DNA of 64,000 nt from an uncultured Nitrososphaerota archaeon (GTDB lineage Archaea; Thermoproteota; Nitrososphaeria; Nitrososphaerales; Gagatemarchaeaceae): positions 128,001 through 192,000 of the forward strand of contig CAVRAG010000007.1 in NCBI GenBank assembly GCA_963718895.1. The letters run 5' to 3'. This document shows positions 49,907-60,381 of the stretch, piece by piece. Numbering within the stretch: position 1 is the stretch's first letter; every line of letters starts with the position of its first letter. The notes under the pieces were generated by a model, which saw only the letters and a list, made by a program, of their open reading frames with translations, was not told the DNA's origin and ran no database searches. The position numbers and the translations under genes are program-made.

Positions 49907-50499
49907 TAGATCCAGTCGAGGAGCAGCACGTGGAGCTCGTGGGGGCCGTGGACCCCGTAGAGAAGCCGCAGCTCGATATCGGCGGTCTTGCTCGGGCCAG
50001 AGATGAACGAGACGACCGGCTTTACCTCGCCCGATGATCGAATCCTCTCGGCGACCAGCTTGACCGCAGAGGATAGGTCCGGACAGAGGTTCTTCGACGA
50101 GAGCAGGAAGACGCTGACCCGTGGCAGGGAGGAGACGAGCTTGACCGCGTCGTCGTAGGCCATCTCCACCAGAGCGCCCTGTCGAGCGGCGCCGTAGCGG
50201 GCCCAGCTTACCCCCACGTCGGCCTTGGAGATAACCCCGACCGCCTCGGATGGCTTAAGGTCCTCGACGAAGCTGTGCTTCGTCCCCTTGAGCGCAGCCT
50301 CGACGAGCATCTTTGCGGGAGCCGGCAGCCCCCCAGCAACCACCGACTTGGCGTTCGCCTCCCCGACCACGGACTTTATGACGTCGACCGTCGTCTTGGC
50401 GTCTCCGACGGCGTAGGGGATGGTGTGCAGGTTGCGGAGCGCCGCAAAGAAGGCCTCCGGGCTGCCCAGGACAGGGAGCTGGTCGGTGTATTCCTGCAT
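49906..50499 (-). CDS. LutC/LUD domain protein
   Basis: FISGPSKTADIE..GVHGP. Confidence 0.88.
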   Translation of the reverse strand: MQEYTDQLPVLGSPEAFFAALRNLHTIPYAVGDAKTTVDVIKSVVGEANAKSVVAGGLPAPAKMLVEAALKGTKHSFVEDLKPSEAVGVISKADVGVSWARYGAARQGALVEMAYDDAVKLVSSLPRVSVFLLSSKNLCPDLSSAVKLVAERIRSSGEVKPVVSFISGPSKTADIELRLLYGVHGPHELHVLLLDWI

Positions 50500-50623
50500 G
50501 GCGAGGCCTCGTCGAACCTTTTCTCTATTTTAAGATGATGTGCGCTGTGAACTTCCTGAGAGGCGACGACTCCCGAATCTCGCGGGGCCGGACATTCCGA
50601 GAGACCGGGCCGGAGCTAAGAGC

Positions 50624-50884
50624 TCACTCGGACTCGGCGAGCTCGACGTCCGGTACGACGCCTTCGACCGACCGCACTACCACAAACTCCTGCGGTTCAG
50701 AGAGCGTGACCCCGTTGCTCGCGCCGGGCTCCATGACCTTCAGTTCCGACGTGATGCCCTTCTCGCTGGCGTACTCGCGTAGGGCTCTCTCGGAAAGGAA
50801 TACAGCGACGACGCCGAACCAAGTCCACTCCTCCGACGCTCCCATCTGGTAGAGGACGAAGAGCTCGGTCTTGCGTTCGCTCAT
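50624..50884 (-). CDS. Small hypothetical protein (86 aa)
   Basis: MSERKTELFVLYQ..WFGVVAVF..; host-like codons; TTATTA-like box about 25 nt upstream. Confidence 0.5.
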   Translation of the reverse strand: MSERKTELFVLYQMGASEEWTWFGVVAVFLSERALREYASEKGITSELKVMEPGASNGVTLSEPQEFVVVRSVEGVVPDVELAESE

Positions 50885-51006
50885 GGAGCGACGCCCTCGT
50901 ACGGACCCTAATAACGATAGGCCGCCCGGCGGGCGAACGACCGACGGGGGGTCGCCATGCTTTATAGCGGCCCAGGAGGCTACCACGTAGAAGAGGACCA
51001 GCAGAC

Positions 51007-51897
51007 TTGAAACTAGCAAACTACGAGAAAGGCGGTCTGATCAGGGCGGGCATCGTCAAAGGCGACAGGATCTACGATATCGCCCAAGAGGCTGAGAGCG
51101 CCGGGGAAGCTCGCCTCAAGTCGGTGAGTAGCGTCGACCAGCTGCTCGACGACAGCCTCATTGAGGCTCTGAGGGAGGCAGAGCCCAAACTAACCTCCGG
51201 AAGGGGGGCGCCTCTGAAGTCGGCCAAGCTCAAGAGCCCGGTCCTCTTCCCGGAGAAGATATTCATGGTCGCGGTGAACTACGGCTCTCACGGCAAGGAG
51301 ACGCGCACGCCTCCGCCGCCGTATCCGTACCTCTTTACCAAGTTCAGGAACTCGCTTATCGGGCCCGGCGATGCCATAATCGCGCCCAAGAGCTCTAAGA
51401 AGGTGGATTGGGAGGTCGAGCTGGCCGTCGTCATCGGGAAGGAAGGGAAGAACATCAAGAGGGAGAAGGCCTACGAGTACGTAGCCGGTTACACCGTCTC
51501 GAACGACATCAGCTTCCGCGACTTCCAAGGCCAGAAGAACGAGTCCCTGGGACTCAACTGGGTCAAGGGGAAGGGGTTGGACGCCTCGTTCCCGCTTGGC
51601 CCCTGGCTCGTGACCAGGGACGAGATAGGCGACCCTCACTCGCTGGGGATATCCCTCACCGTAAACGGGAAACAGAAACAGGGCTCGAACACGAAGGAGA
51701 TGATGATCAAGGTAGACGAGCTGGTCGCATATGCCTCGATCGGGACGACGCTCAGGCCGGGAGACATAATCTCGACCGGCACCCCGGAGGGCATCGCCGC
51801 GGCGACGGGAGAGCCCTTCCTCAAGGAAGGTGACGTCGTCGAGGCCAAGGTGGAGAAGATCGGGACCCTTCGCAATCCTGTGAGAGCAGAGGCCTGA
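51007..51897 (+). CDS. Fumarylacetoacetate hydrolase family protein
   Basis: VDWEVELAVVIG, NDIS.RD, KGKG, PGDIISTGTPEG. Confidence 0.93.
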   Translation: MKLANYEKGGLIRAGIVKGDRIYDIAQEAESAGEARLKSVSSVDQLLDDSLIEALREAEPKLTSGRGAPLKSAKLKSPVLFPEKIFMVAVNYGSHGKETRTPPPPYPYLFTKFRNSLIGPGDAIIAPKSSKKVDWEVELAVVIGKEGKNIKREKAYEYVAGYTVSNDISFRDFQGQKNESLGLNWVKGKGLDASFPLGPWLVTRDEIGDPHSLGISLTVNGKQKQGSNTKEMMIKVDELVAYASIGTTLRPGDIISTGTPEGIAAATGEPFLKEGDVVEAKVEKIGTLRNPVRAEA

Positions 51898-51902
51898 CCG
51901 GG

Positions 51903-52974
51903 TCAGCCCCTCAGCGTCGGGATCGATCTCCTTCGCGAAGCGTTCCAGTGTGCCGGCGCCGCCCAGGACGTTCGAGAGAAGTATGTGGGTCGCGCCTGCC
52001 TTTACGAATCGCGCCACCGACTCCGTGCACTCGGCGGGGGTCCCGACGGCCATCATCTCCGCAATCCCTCGCTCGAGCACATCCTCGGAGACCGGGAGCG
52101 ACCGGTAGGTCTTCTCGAGTATCCTCGCGTAGGCTGGCGTCGGTGCGATTGTCTGGTACTGGAGGGTCTTGGAGACCATCTCGTAGGCCTCCTCCTCGCC
52201 CAGCAGCCTCAGCATGTAGCGGTTTATCACCAGGGCCCGCCTGTAGTACTTCTTCAGGGCATCCATCGTCTTCCTGTCACTGGCGAAGACAACAGGGACG
52301 TTGGCGATCAGGTCGATCTCGCCCCGCTTCCTCCGCGCGGCGCGCGCCGCTTCCAGGACCACGCCCGCCTTCTCGCTGAACGCACCCGGCGAGAAGAACG
52401 AGCCAGGATACCAGCCTTCGGCCAGCTCGCCCGCGATCTCGAGCATGGGCCTCGAGGCGAACGCGCCCACGTACACCGGCGGCCCTGGTTTCTGGATCGG
52501 AGGGAGGCTGAGATGGGCTTCCTTGAAGCTGTAGAGCGTCCCGTCGAAGCCGACCTGACTCTCGAACGAGGAAGACCAGAGCCTCTTGACGACCTTGATG
52601 TACTCCCTGACGCGCCGGACCCGGACCTCGGTCGACTCCCACTCCATGCCGAAGGGCCTCGTGTTCATCACCTCTCCAGCCCCGATTCCGAGCACAGCGC
52701 GCCCCCCGGTCAGGTTGTCGAGCGTCGCGACGGTGTTGGCAGTCTTCGCCGGGTGCATCCTCTGCGTGTCCGTCACCCCGGAGCCCAGCATGACCCTGTT
52801 GGTCTTCGCGCCGATGTAGGCGAGCATCGTCCAGGCGTCGTAGATCGCGGTGGCTGGAGGGATGTCAGTGAGGTGGTCGGGAACCCAGACGAGGTCGTAA
52901 CCGAGCTTCTCCGCCTGGAAGGCTTCCTTGAGCGTCGAGTCCAGAGGCCCGCCCACCCCAATGGAGAACATCAA
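51903..52974 (-). CDS. LLM-class flavin/F420-dependent oxidoreductase (3' frameshift near 51930)
   Basis: AEKLGYDLVWVPDH, TLDNLTGGRAVLGIGAGE, PPVYVGA. Confidence 0.88.
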
Positions 52975-53037
52975 TCTCCTGCGGCTCTCGGCGGCCCTGA
53001 CTGGTCGTGGCAACGATCTCGCTCCCGCTGTCAGAGT

Positions 53038-53448
53038 CTACTTCTTCTTTCCGTCCGTCTTAGGCGCGACTATCTCCCACTCCGGCCAGACGGGGAAAGG
53101 AGGAGATGTCGTGACCATGACCTTCATCATGGTCTTCCCGGTGTTCTCGAGCCCGTGTTCGGCGTTGGCGGGGAGGTGGAAGAACATCCCGGGTTCGATG
53201 TCGATGGGCTTGCCGAGCCCGAAGTGGCCCCTTCCGGTCCCCTCCAGCAGGATGTAGACCTCCTCGTTCTCGTGGGAATGAGGGTCGACCCTGCCTCCCG
53301 GCGCTATGTACAGGAGCTGGACGCTGAGGTTTTTCGACGGCGCCTTCGGGTTCTGGGGGTGGACGATCCTGATCCCGAAGCCCCTCTTGAACTCCTTGTA
53401 GAGCATAGGGATGCCGTCTTCCTCGCGTACGATGTTGGCCTTGACCAT
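53038..53448 (-). CDS. Cupin domain protein
   Basis: PHSHENEEVYILLEG..PANAEHGLEN. Confidence 0.88.
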   Translation of the reverse strand: MVKANIVREEDGIPMLYKEFKRGFGIRIVHPQNPKAPSKNLSVQLLYIAPGGRVDPHSHENEEVYILLEGTGRGHFGLGKPIDIEPGMFFHLPANAEHGLENTGKTMMKVMVTTSPPFPVWPEWEIVAPKTDGKKK

Positions 53449-53589
53449 GATTTGGACACGGGCCGGAGGCTCGAACGCTCTATAACCTTTGTTCCGTGCC
53501 TCCCCGACCTTCCGCTCGAGACGCCCGCGAACAGATAAAGCCGGGTGGAGGACGAGAGAGACCGCTGCAAACTTGGCGCGCCAGAACCC

Positions 53590-54406
53590 TTTGATCCGGG
53601 CCGGAGGAATCAGCTTCAAGGATTATCCGGTTGAGGAGGCCATCGAACGGATGAAGCGGGCGGGATACGACGGGTGGGAGGTCTTCACCCCCCAGATCGC
53701 GAGGGTAAAGACGCCCGAGCTGCTCGAACAGTTCGTCGAGTACACGAAGCGCGCCGGCCTCGAGGTGTGCGCGCTCAACGACAACGACAACGACCAGTTC
53801 CGGCCCTTCGACTCGGAGAGTGGGTTCGAGAGGACCGTACAGCTCATGAAGGAGGGGGTGAGGCTGGCGAACGCCCTCCACGTGAAAGACGTGATGTACT
53901 GGGAAGGCGTCAGGCCGAGGGGGGACAATCGGAGCGACGACGAGCTCCTCAAGGTCGCGACCAGGCTCTACAAGGAGGCGATCTCCTACTCTTCGAGGTT
54001 TGGGGTCAGGTTCCTCGTGGAGCCGCACCCGTTCTCCCTCGGGATGAACCTCGACTACCTGGCCAAGCTCTGTGACGGACTGGACTCGAGGTACTTCGGC
54101 GTTCTCTACGACACTTGCCACTTCGGGGTAGGCAAGCCCAAGGGCTACATCGAGGCGATTCGCTACCTGGGCAAGAGGATAAGGTACATCCACTTCTCCG
54201 ACAGCGACATGAGGACATCCGAGCTCCACTACCCTCTCGGAAGGGGGAAGCTCGACATCGACGGCATCGTTGATGCTTTCGCGGAGATCGGGTACGACGG
54301 CCAGATATCCCTGGACACCTGGGGATACCCGCTCCCGGAGGAGACGTCGAGGATTGGCATCCCGGCACTGAAGAAAGCGTTACGCAAGCTCGGTCTTGAC
54401 AGGTGA
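53590..54406 (+). CDS. Sugar-phosphate isomerase/epimerase (xylose isomerase-like TIM barrel)
   Basis: AGYDGWE, VEPHP, YDTCH, HFSD..H.PLGRG.LD..GYDG. Confidence 0.85.
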
Positions 54407-55769
54407 GTCGCGGATAGAAAACGTATCCGGGAGGCTCGCGGACTTTGCCTCACGCCTGGACCTAGACGAGGTGCCTGAGAAGGTCGTGAGGGTCTCGAAG
54501 CTGAGCATCCTCGACGCCATCGGGACCGCCCTGCTCTCCTCTGGGCTGGAGAAGTCCAAGAAGACGGTCAAGGCGGTCAAGAGCGTCTCCCCTGCCGGAA
54601 GGAGCACCGTCTGGGGGTTCGGGGTCAAGGCCTGGCCCCTCGAAGCCGCACTCCTCAACGGGATGCTCGTCGAGGGCCTCGACTACAGTGACATCCACGT
54701 GGGCGCCGGACTCCACCCGACCTCCGTGATCCTTCCGGCGATCGCGGCGCTGGGGCAGCTCAAGCACGTCAGCGGCAGAGACCTTCTACTCTCTCACGTG
54801 ATAGGTTGTGAGACCATGATACGCCTCGGGCTGAGCGCGCCCGGCCGCTTCCATGCGCGGGGATTCCAGCCGACCTCCATAACAGGGGTGGTGGGGGCGG
54901 CGCTCGCCGTCTCCAGAATCATGGCACTGTCCAAGGACAAGACGGAGGAGGCGATGAGCCTAGCGAGTACGCTGGCCTTCGGCTCTTCGCTCTCGGTCCG
55001 CGTCGGCGCATACTTCGGCGGCGTCGACGCCGGGAGGGCGTCTGAGGGCGGGATCCTCGCGGCGACCCTGGCGGGCGAAGGGATATCGGGCATCGCCACC
55101 GACTCGATCGAGGGCAGGTTCGGCTTCCTCGAGGCTCACGCCGGGCCCGGAAGCTACGACCTGGGACCAGTCACAAGGGGACTCGGCAAAGGCTGGGAGA
55201 TGGAGGACATCTTCCTGAAGCGGTACCCCACGAGCTATGCGTGCACCTCCCTGCTCGACGCCGCTATCAGGATCAAGAGGAAGACGAAGCTTGAGGTCGC
55301 GGAGATAGACGAGGTCAGGTTCGGAGATACGGCTCCGAACATAGGTCTGTTCTCGGAGCCCGAACAGGTGAAGCGCAGGCCCGCCACGATTTACGACGCG
55401 AAGACGAGCCACTATTTCCTTCTCGCCCTTGCCCTAGGCTATGGCGAGGTGAAAGCTCCCATGCTGGGTGCGAGGCTGAAGGACGGGAAGGTCCTTGAGC
55501 TTTCGGACAGGGTCAGATACTCCTTGGACGAGAATAGCCACTGGGTGGAGGTCAGGACAAGGGATGGAAGGGTGTACAGGGAGACCCAGGACAGCCTTCT
55601 CCCGACACCGGAGCGCCTCGTGAGGAGGAAGTACATGGAGAACGCGTCCCAAGCCTTGGGTGTTGAGAGATCGGAGAGGATCGAGTCGGTGGTGGACTCC
55701 CTAGAACGACTGGCCGACGTCGGCGAACTTATCGGTTTGCTCGGAAGGGTCGCGCCCGGTCAGAGGTAG
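54396..55769 (+). CDS. MmgE/PrpD family protein
   Basis: ILDAIG, LLNG..LDYSDIH..LHP, RGFQPT, EGRFGF, KRYP. Confidence 0.88.
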   Translation: MTGESRIENVSGRLADFASRLDLDEVPEKVVRVSKLSILDAIGTALLSSGLEKSKKTVKAVKSVSPAGRSTVWGFGVKAWPLEAALLNGMLVEGLDYSDIHVGAGLHPTSVILPAIAALGQLKHVSGRDLLLSHVIGCETMIRLGLSAPGRFHARGFQPTSITGVVGAALAVSRIMALSKDKTEEAMSLASTLAFGSSLSVRVGAYFGGVDAGRASEGGILAATLAGEGISGIATDSIEGRFGFLEAHAGPGSYDLGPVTRGLGKGWEMEDIFLKRYPTSYACTSLLDAAIRIKRKTKLEVAEIDEVRFGDTAPNIGLFSEPEQVKRRPATIYDAKTSHYFLLALALGYGEVKAPMLGARLKDGKVLELSDRVRYSLDENSHWVEVRTRDGRVYRETQDSLLPTPERLVRRKYMENASQALGVERSERIESVVDSLERLADVGELIGLLGRVAPGQR

Positions 55770-56569
55770 GGCGAAATTACCCTCCGGATGGCTTCGAGGG
55801 CGGCCTCGTCCGATCCAGATGGTGTGTACTCAAAGCCGAGCCCGCCCTTGTACCCTGCGGAGGCGAGCGCCTCGAGGATGTAGGGGAGGTTCAGCTCGCC
55901 GGTCCCTGGTTCGTGCCTACCGGGGACGTCCGCGAACTGCACGTACCCGATCGCGTCAAGGTTCTCGAGGAGGGTCCTGGTGACGTTCCCCTCGGAGATC
56001 TGCATGTGGTAGATGTCATACAGCATCCTCAGGCTCCTCTGGCCGACCTTCCGCACGATCTCCAGCGTCAGCCGCGAATTGTTCAGGAAGTACATGGGGT
56101 GGTCCCCGTTGTTCAGCGCCTCGAGGAGGAGCACCACGCCCGAGCCCTCGGCTAGGTCGCAGGCGTCCGTCAGCGCGTCGACGATGTTGGTCGCCTTCTC
56201 GTCCGCGGGGATGTCGTTGGCCGCGCCCGGCATCTCGGGCGGTCCAGAACCACCCTCACGCGGCACTAGGCGCTCGCTGAAGACTGTGATGTTCCGGCAA
56301 TCGAGCCGTCGGGCGAAGTCGATGCTCTCCCTGAGCTCTGCTAGGAAGCTTCCCTTCTCCCGGGCGACGGACGTCGAGGAACGAGTCTGTCCGACGAAGG
56401 AATTCAAAGATACCCCGCGCGAAAGCATCCCGCCCGCCAGGGCCCGAGGGTCCTTGGTCCTCCAGTCCCAGATGTCTATTCTGTCGAATCCGTGCGCCGC
56501 GACGCGGGCGGTCCGGTCCTCGACCCTCAGCTCGGGGTAGATCATCTCCGTGCAGACGGAGAAGAACAA
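55760..56569 (-). CDS. hyi: Hydroxypyruvate isomerase family protein
   Basis: LEALN..DHP.YFL, LYDIYHMQISEGN, ADVPGRHEPGTGELN, GFEY. Confidence 0.85.
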   Translation of the reverse strand: MFFSVCTEMIYPELRVEDRTARVAAHGFDRIDIWDWRTKDPRALAGGMLSRGVSLNSFVGQTRSSTSVAREKGSFLAELRESIDFARRLDCRNITVFSERLVPREGGSGPPEMPGAANDIPADEKATNIVDALTDACDLAEGSGVVLLLEALNNGDHPMYFLNNSRLTLEIVRKVGQRSLRMLYDIYHMQISEGNVTRTLLENLDAIGYVQFADVPGRHEPGTGELNLPYILEALASAGYKGGLGFEYTPSGSDEAALEAIRRVISPYL

Positions 56570-56593
56570 GACGGTCCAAACGCTCCCCCTCGG

Positions 56594-56602
56594 CTTATAA
56601 AT
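56594..56602. promoter_or_regulatory. Shared bidirectional TATA box between hyi-like and aldolase genes
   Basis: CTTATAAAT lies about 25-30 nt from both divergent TTG starts (56569 and 56633). Confidence 0.5.
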
Positions 56603-56632
56603 CATCCAGTCCGGACGGGGACGGGAAGGTCA

Positions 56633-57391
56633 TTGCAGAACACCCTGAAGAGAAAGCTCGAGAGGAACGAGGCGGCCGTCGGGACGTGGATTTCGTCAGG
56701 GAGCCCGACGGTGGTCGACCTGCTGCGGAAACTCCCCTTCGATTGGTTCGTCTTTGACATGGAGCACTCACCGATATCGATCGAGACAGTGGGACGCATG
56801 ATACAGGTCCTCAACGGGAGCACGGCGACACCCCTCGTAAGGGTCGGGCAGATTGACCAGGCGCTCTTCAAGATAGTGCTGGATACCGGCGCCCACGGGA
56901 TGGTAGTCCCGCTCGTGAACTCCCCGGAGGAGGCCGAGCGCGCGGTCCGATTCTGCAAGTACCCTCCGACGGGCGTGAGGGGGGTCGCGGCGACCAAGGC
57001 CTCGGACTACGGGCTGAGCCTTGGGAGTTACATAAGGACTGCGAACGACGAGACAACGGTCATCGCGCAGATTGAGACACCGCAGGCGGTCGAGAGCATA
57101 AGGGAGATAGTCGCGGTGAAGGGCGTCGACATCGCCTTCGTCGGCCCGTCCGACCTCACGATGACCATGGGGCTCCTCGACGACAGGTCGAACCCGAAGG
57201 TCGCCGAGGCGATGCTGAAGGTGGTGAAGGCCTGCGACGAAGCGGGCAAGGCCGCGGGCGTGATGGCCTCGACCCTCGACGAGGCGAGGCTTGCCGTCCA
57301 GAGGGGCTTCAAGTTCATCTCTCTGGCGTCGGACATGCGGCACGTCACGATGGGGGCTAGGTCGTTCCTAGAGTCGGTCGGAAGGACCTAG
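56633..57391 (+). CDS. HpcH/HpaI (GarL-like) class II aldolase
   Basis: FDWFVFDMEHS, LDTGA.G..VP, YPP.G.RG, QIET, FVGPSDL. Confidence 0.9.
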   Translation: MQNTLKRKLERNEAAVGTWISSGSPTVVDLLRKLPFDWFVFDMEHSPISIETVGRMIQVLNGSTATPLVRVGQIDQALFKIVLDTGAHGMVVPLVNSPEEAERAVRFCKYPPTGVRGVAATKASDYGLSLGSYIRTANDETTVIAQIETPQAVESIREIVAVKGVDIAFVGPSDLTMTMGLLDDRSNPKVAEAMLKVVKACDEAGKAAGVMASTLDEARLAVQRGFKFISLASDMRHVTMGARSFLESVGRT

Positions 57392-57393
57392 GC

Positions 57394-58398
57394 TCAGCGG
57401 CGCCTGCGCGACAGCACTTCGGGGTTCAGGACGTCCTGGGGGACCCTGCCCTCGATCGCGTCGATCATCTGGTTCGCGGCGTGGTAGATCATGGCCCGCC
57501 CCGTCCTTGAGCCGTAGCCGAGGTGGGGCGTCATCACCAGGGTGGGCAGTCGCTTCTCGAGCTTGTAGAGAGGGTGCGGGGGCGCGAGAGGTTCGACCGA
57601 GAACGCGTCGACGCACGCGCCCGCGATCCTGCCAGACTCGAGCGCCCTCACGAGGGCGTCCTCGTCGACGACGGCCCCCCTCGCGGTGTTGACGAGGATG
57701 GCCGAGGGCTTCATCCTGGCGAACGCGCCGTCGTTGATTATCCCCCTCGTCGCGGCCGAGAGAGGGGTGTGAAGCGAGAGGACGTCCGAGTCCGCGAGCA
57801 GCCTCTCGAACGAGACGTACTCCATCCCAAGCGACTGCTCGAGGTCGGCCCGCCGGATTACATCGTGATAGATCAGCTTCATGTCGAAGGACTTCGCCCG
57901 CTTGGCGACCTCGCTCCCGATCCTTCCGACGCCCAGCAGCCCGAAGGTCAGGCCATAGAGGTCCGTCACCTGCTTCCCCCAGTGGGTGGTCCTCCACTCG
58001 CCCTCCCTCAGGCTCTCGTTCATCTGCGGGACCCTCTTTGTGAGGCTGAGGAGCAGGGCGAAGGTGTGCTCGGCCATCGCCTGCGCGAGCTCGTGAACCG
58101 GAGCGGTCGTGACAATCACGCCCCTCTCTGTGGCGGCCTTGACGTCGACGGCGTCAAATCCCACCCCGACCCGGGAGACCACTTTCAGCGTCGGGAGGGC
58201 GTCGAAGACCTTTGCAGTGTAGGGTTCGTTCGCCGCGAGCGTTCCCTCTACCCCCTGGATCAACTCGACAAGCTGGTCCTCGCTCATCGCCCCCGTGTAC
58301 GGGTTGCTGATTACCTCGACCCCGTGTGAAGACAGGAAGTCCTTGATGTCCTCGGGGAATCTCGGGTCACGGCCGTTTGCCGCCACATAGCACTTCAA
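57394..58398 (-). CDS. D-isomer-specific 2-hydroxyacid dehydrogenase
   Basis: RVGVGFD, GVGRIG, LHTPL, VNTARG, DAFSVEP, TPH. Confidence 0.92.
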   Translation of the reverse strand: MKCYVAANGRDPRFPEDIKDFLSSHGVEVISNPYTGAMSEDQLVELIQGVEGTLAANEPYTAKVFDALPTLKVVSRVGVGFDAVDVKAATERGVIVTTAPVHELAQAMAEHTFALLLSLTKRVPQMNESLREGEWRTTHWGKQVTDLYGLTFGLLGVGRIGSEVAKRAKSFDMKLIYHDVIRRADLEQSLGMEYVSFERLLADSDVLSLHTPLSAATRGIINDGAFARMKPSAILVNTARGAVVDEDALVRALESGRIAGACVDAFSVEPLAPPHPLYKLEKRLPTLVMTPHLGYGSRTGRAMIYHAANQMIDAIEGRVPQDVLNPEVLSRRRR

Positions 58399-58408
58399 GC
58401 CATCACGC

Positions 58409-59227
58409 TCAGCTGTTGCGAATCCCGATGAGCTTCCGCGCCTCGTCGGGCTTGGCGACCTCTCTCCCCACCTCCCCGGCTATCCTGACCATCCTGGCGA
58501 CGAACTCGCCGCTGTCCTTCGCGAGACGGTCTGGGTAGTAGTACGGGTTGTCCTCGGTCCCGACCCTCAGGTGGTGGCCGAGGAGCAGGGACATCGCCGC
58601 TATCGTCGTCTGGGAGTGGCTCATGATGCTGACACTGCATATCGAGTCTTCCCTCTGCTGCTTCAGCCGGTGGAGCAGCTCGTCCGCAGTAGCGGGTGAC
58701 CAGATTCCACCAGGCCAGTCGAAGAAGAGCGTGACGAAGTGCGGGGGCTTTGCGAGTCCCTTGTCCACAAGGTAGTTCAGGTTCCAGACCGAGCCGGCGT
58801 GCCAGACCTCCCACTCCGGCCTGATGCCGAACTTGGTGCAGAGCCTGCAGTACTCCTCGAGCTCGTCCCTGTTGTGGAGCAGGCTCATCGTCATCCGGGG
58901 GAACGCCTCGTCGTGGTGGTTCAGGATGATTGAGAGCATGTCGGGCTTCATCTTGATGACGGGTAGCCGATCGGGAATCTTCAGGGCGGAGAGGCCGACC
59001 TGGACTATGGCGTCCGTCTGGTCACGAAGGGTCTTGATGACCCGCCTCCACTCGTCCTCGGTGAAGTTCATCCTCCCGTGGATGTGGATCACGGCCGCGC
59101 CTGCTTTCGACGCCGAGATCGCCTCCTCTATGGCGTCGTCTGCGGTCTTGGCGTTGTTCCTTGCGTCCGGATAGATCCAGGACGGGGCCACGGTTGACGT
59201 TATGATTAGGGGTGACTTCTTGTCCAT
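58409..59227 (-). CDS. Beta-keto acid cleavage enzyme (BKACE/DUF849)
   Basis: AGAAVIHIHGR, PEWE, HLRVGTEDN, GREVA.PDEAR. Confidence 0.88.
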   Translation of the reverse strand: MDKKSPLIITSTVAPSWIYPDARNNAKTADDAIEEAISASKAGAAVIHIHGRMNFTEDEWRRVIKTLRDQTDAIVQVGLSALKIPDRLPVIKMKPDMLSIILNHHDEAFPRMTMSLLHNRDELEEYCRLCTKFGIRPEWEVWHAGSVWNLNYLVDKGLAKPPHFVTLFFDWPGGIWSPATADELLHRLKQQREDSICSVSIMSHSQTTIAAMSLLLGHHLRVGTEDNPYYYPDRLAKDSGEFVARMVRIAGEVGREVAKPDEARKLIGIRNS

Positions 59228-59273
59228 GCAGAGCCGTGGAGTGCAACCTACGTTATTTAATCGCGACGGGGCG

Positions 59274-60299
59274 TCAGCCCAACTTCAGGACGACCCTTCC
59301 GGAGGCGCCCCGGGCGACCCTGCCCAAGGCCCTGTTTGCGTCCTCGAGCGCGAAGACCTCCGAGATGACCGGCCGCACGACCCCCCTTCCGAGGAGCTCG
59401 AGCGCAGCCTGCATGTTCATGCGGGAGCCGTTGCGAGAGCCCACGACCTCCAGTTCGCGCTGAGCGATCGCAGTGGTATCAGCGGGGAGACGGGCTTCCT
59501 CTTCACCGACAATCACAATTCTTCCGCACCGCCTCACCATGGCGAGGGCGTCCTTCATCGACTCGTCAGAGCCGACGCAGTCGAAGACCACGTCTATCCC
59601 GTCGGGCGAGACGCCACGCGAGAGACCCCCGATGCTTGGGTCTCCGGCCCGCCACGCGGCGTCGGCGCCGATGCTTCTCGCGACGGCGAGCTTCGACTCA
59701 CTCCTGCTGACCGCGATCACACGCTTGTTGAGGTGCTTCAGGAGCTGGATGACCACCTGGCCCACCCCTCCCGCCCCCACCACCGCCGCCGAGGACGCAG
59801 TTCCGAGACCTCCCCTGTCGTAGACGGCGTGCACCGAGGTGATTACAGCGTCCGCCGCAAGCGCGCCGAGGTCGAACGGGACGCTCTCGGGAAGAACGAA
59901 GAGGTTTCGGGCCGGGGCCTTGAACATCTGGGCGAACGCGCCGTTGGTCGTCACTCCGATTATGCCCCCGAGGTCGGCGCACATGCTGTCCCTTCCGCTG
60001 CGGCAGTACCAGCATCGGCCACAGGTGATGAACAGGTAAGGGACTACCCTGTCCCCGGGCTTGAGTCCCGTCACCCCGGCGCCAACCTTCGCCACCACCC
60101 CTGACGGTTCGTGGCCCAGGATGTGGGGGAGCTTGGGCACGTATCCCTTCCCCTCCACTATGTGCAGGTCGGTCCCGCAAATCCCGCAGAACTTTGTCTC
60201 GACGAGCACTTCGTCGCCCGAAATCCCCGGGACCGGGACGTCCTCGATTGAGAGTGGCTTCCCAAGCTCCGAGAGGACTGCGGCTCTCATCTGACTCAC
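59274..60299 (-). CDS. Zinc-dependent alcohol dehydrogenase (MDR family)
   Basis: CGICGTD, GHE, CGRCWYCRSG..C, GAGGVG. Confidence 0.9.
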   Translation of the reverse strand: MSQMRAAVLSELGKPLSIEDVPVPGISGDEVLVETKFCGICGTDLHIVEGKGYVPKLPHILGHEPSGVVAKVGAGVTGLKPGDRVVPYLFITCGRCWYCRSGRDSMCADLGGIIGVTTNGAFAQMFKAPARNLFVLPESVPFDLGALAADAVITSVHAVYDRGGLGTASSAAVVGAGGVGQVVIQLLKHLNKRVIAVSRSESKLAVARSIGADAAWRAGDPSIGGLSRGVSPDGIDVVFDCVGSDESMKDALAMVRRCGRIVIVGEEEARLPADTTAIAQRELEVVGSRNGSRMNMQAALELLGRGVVRPVISEVFALEDANRALGRVARGASGRVVLKLG

Positions 60300-60381
60300 G
60301 TGGTTCGGTGACGAGCGACCCCTCCGAGATTATAGACCTTGCGCGGGGAGGGCCTCTGGCGGAGCGGGCGGGGACCAGCGG

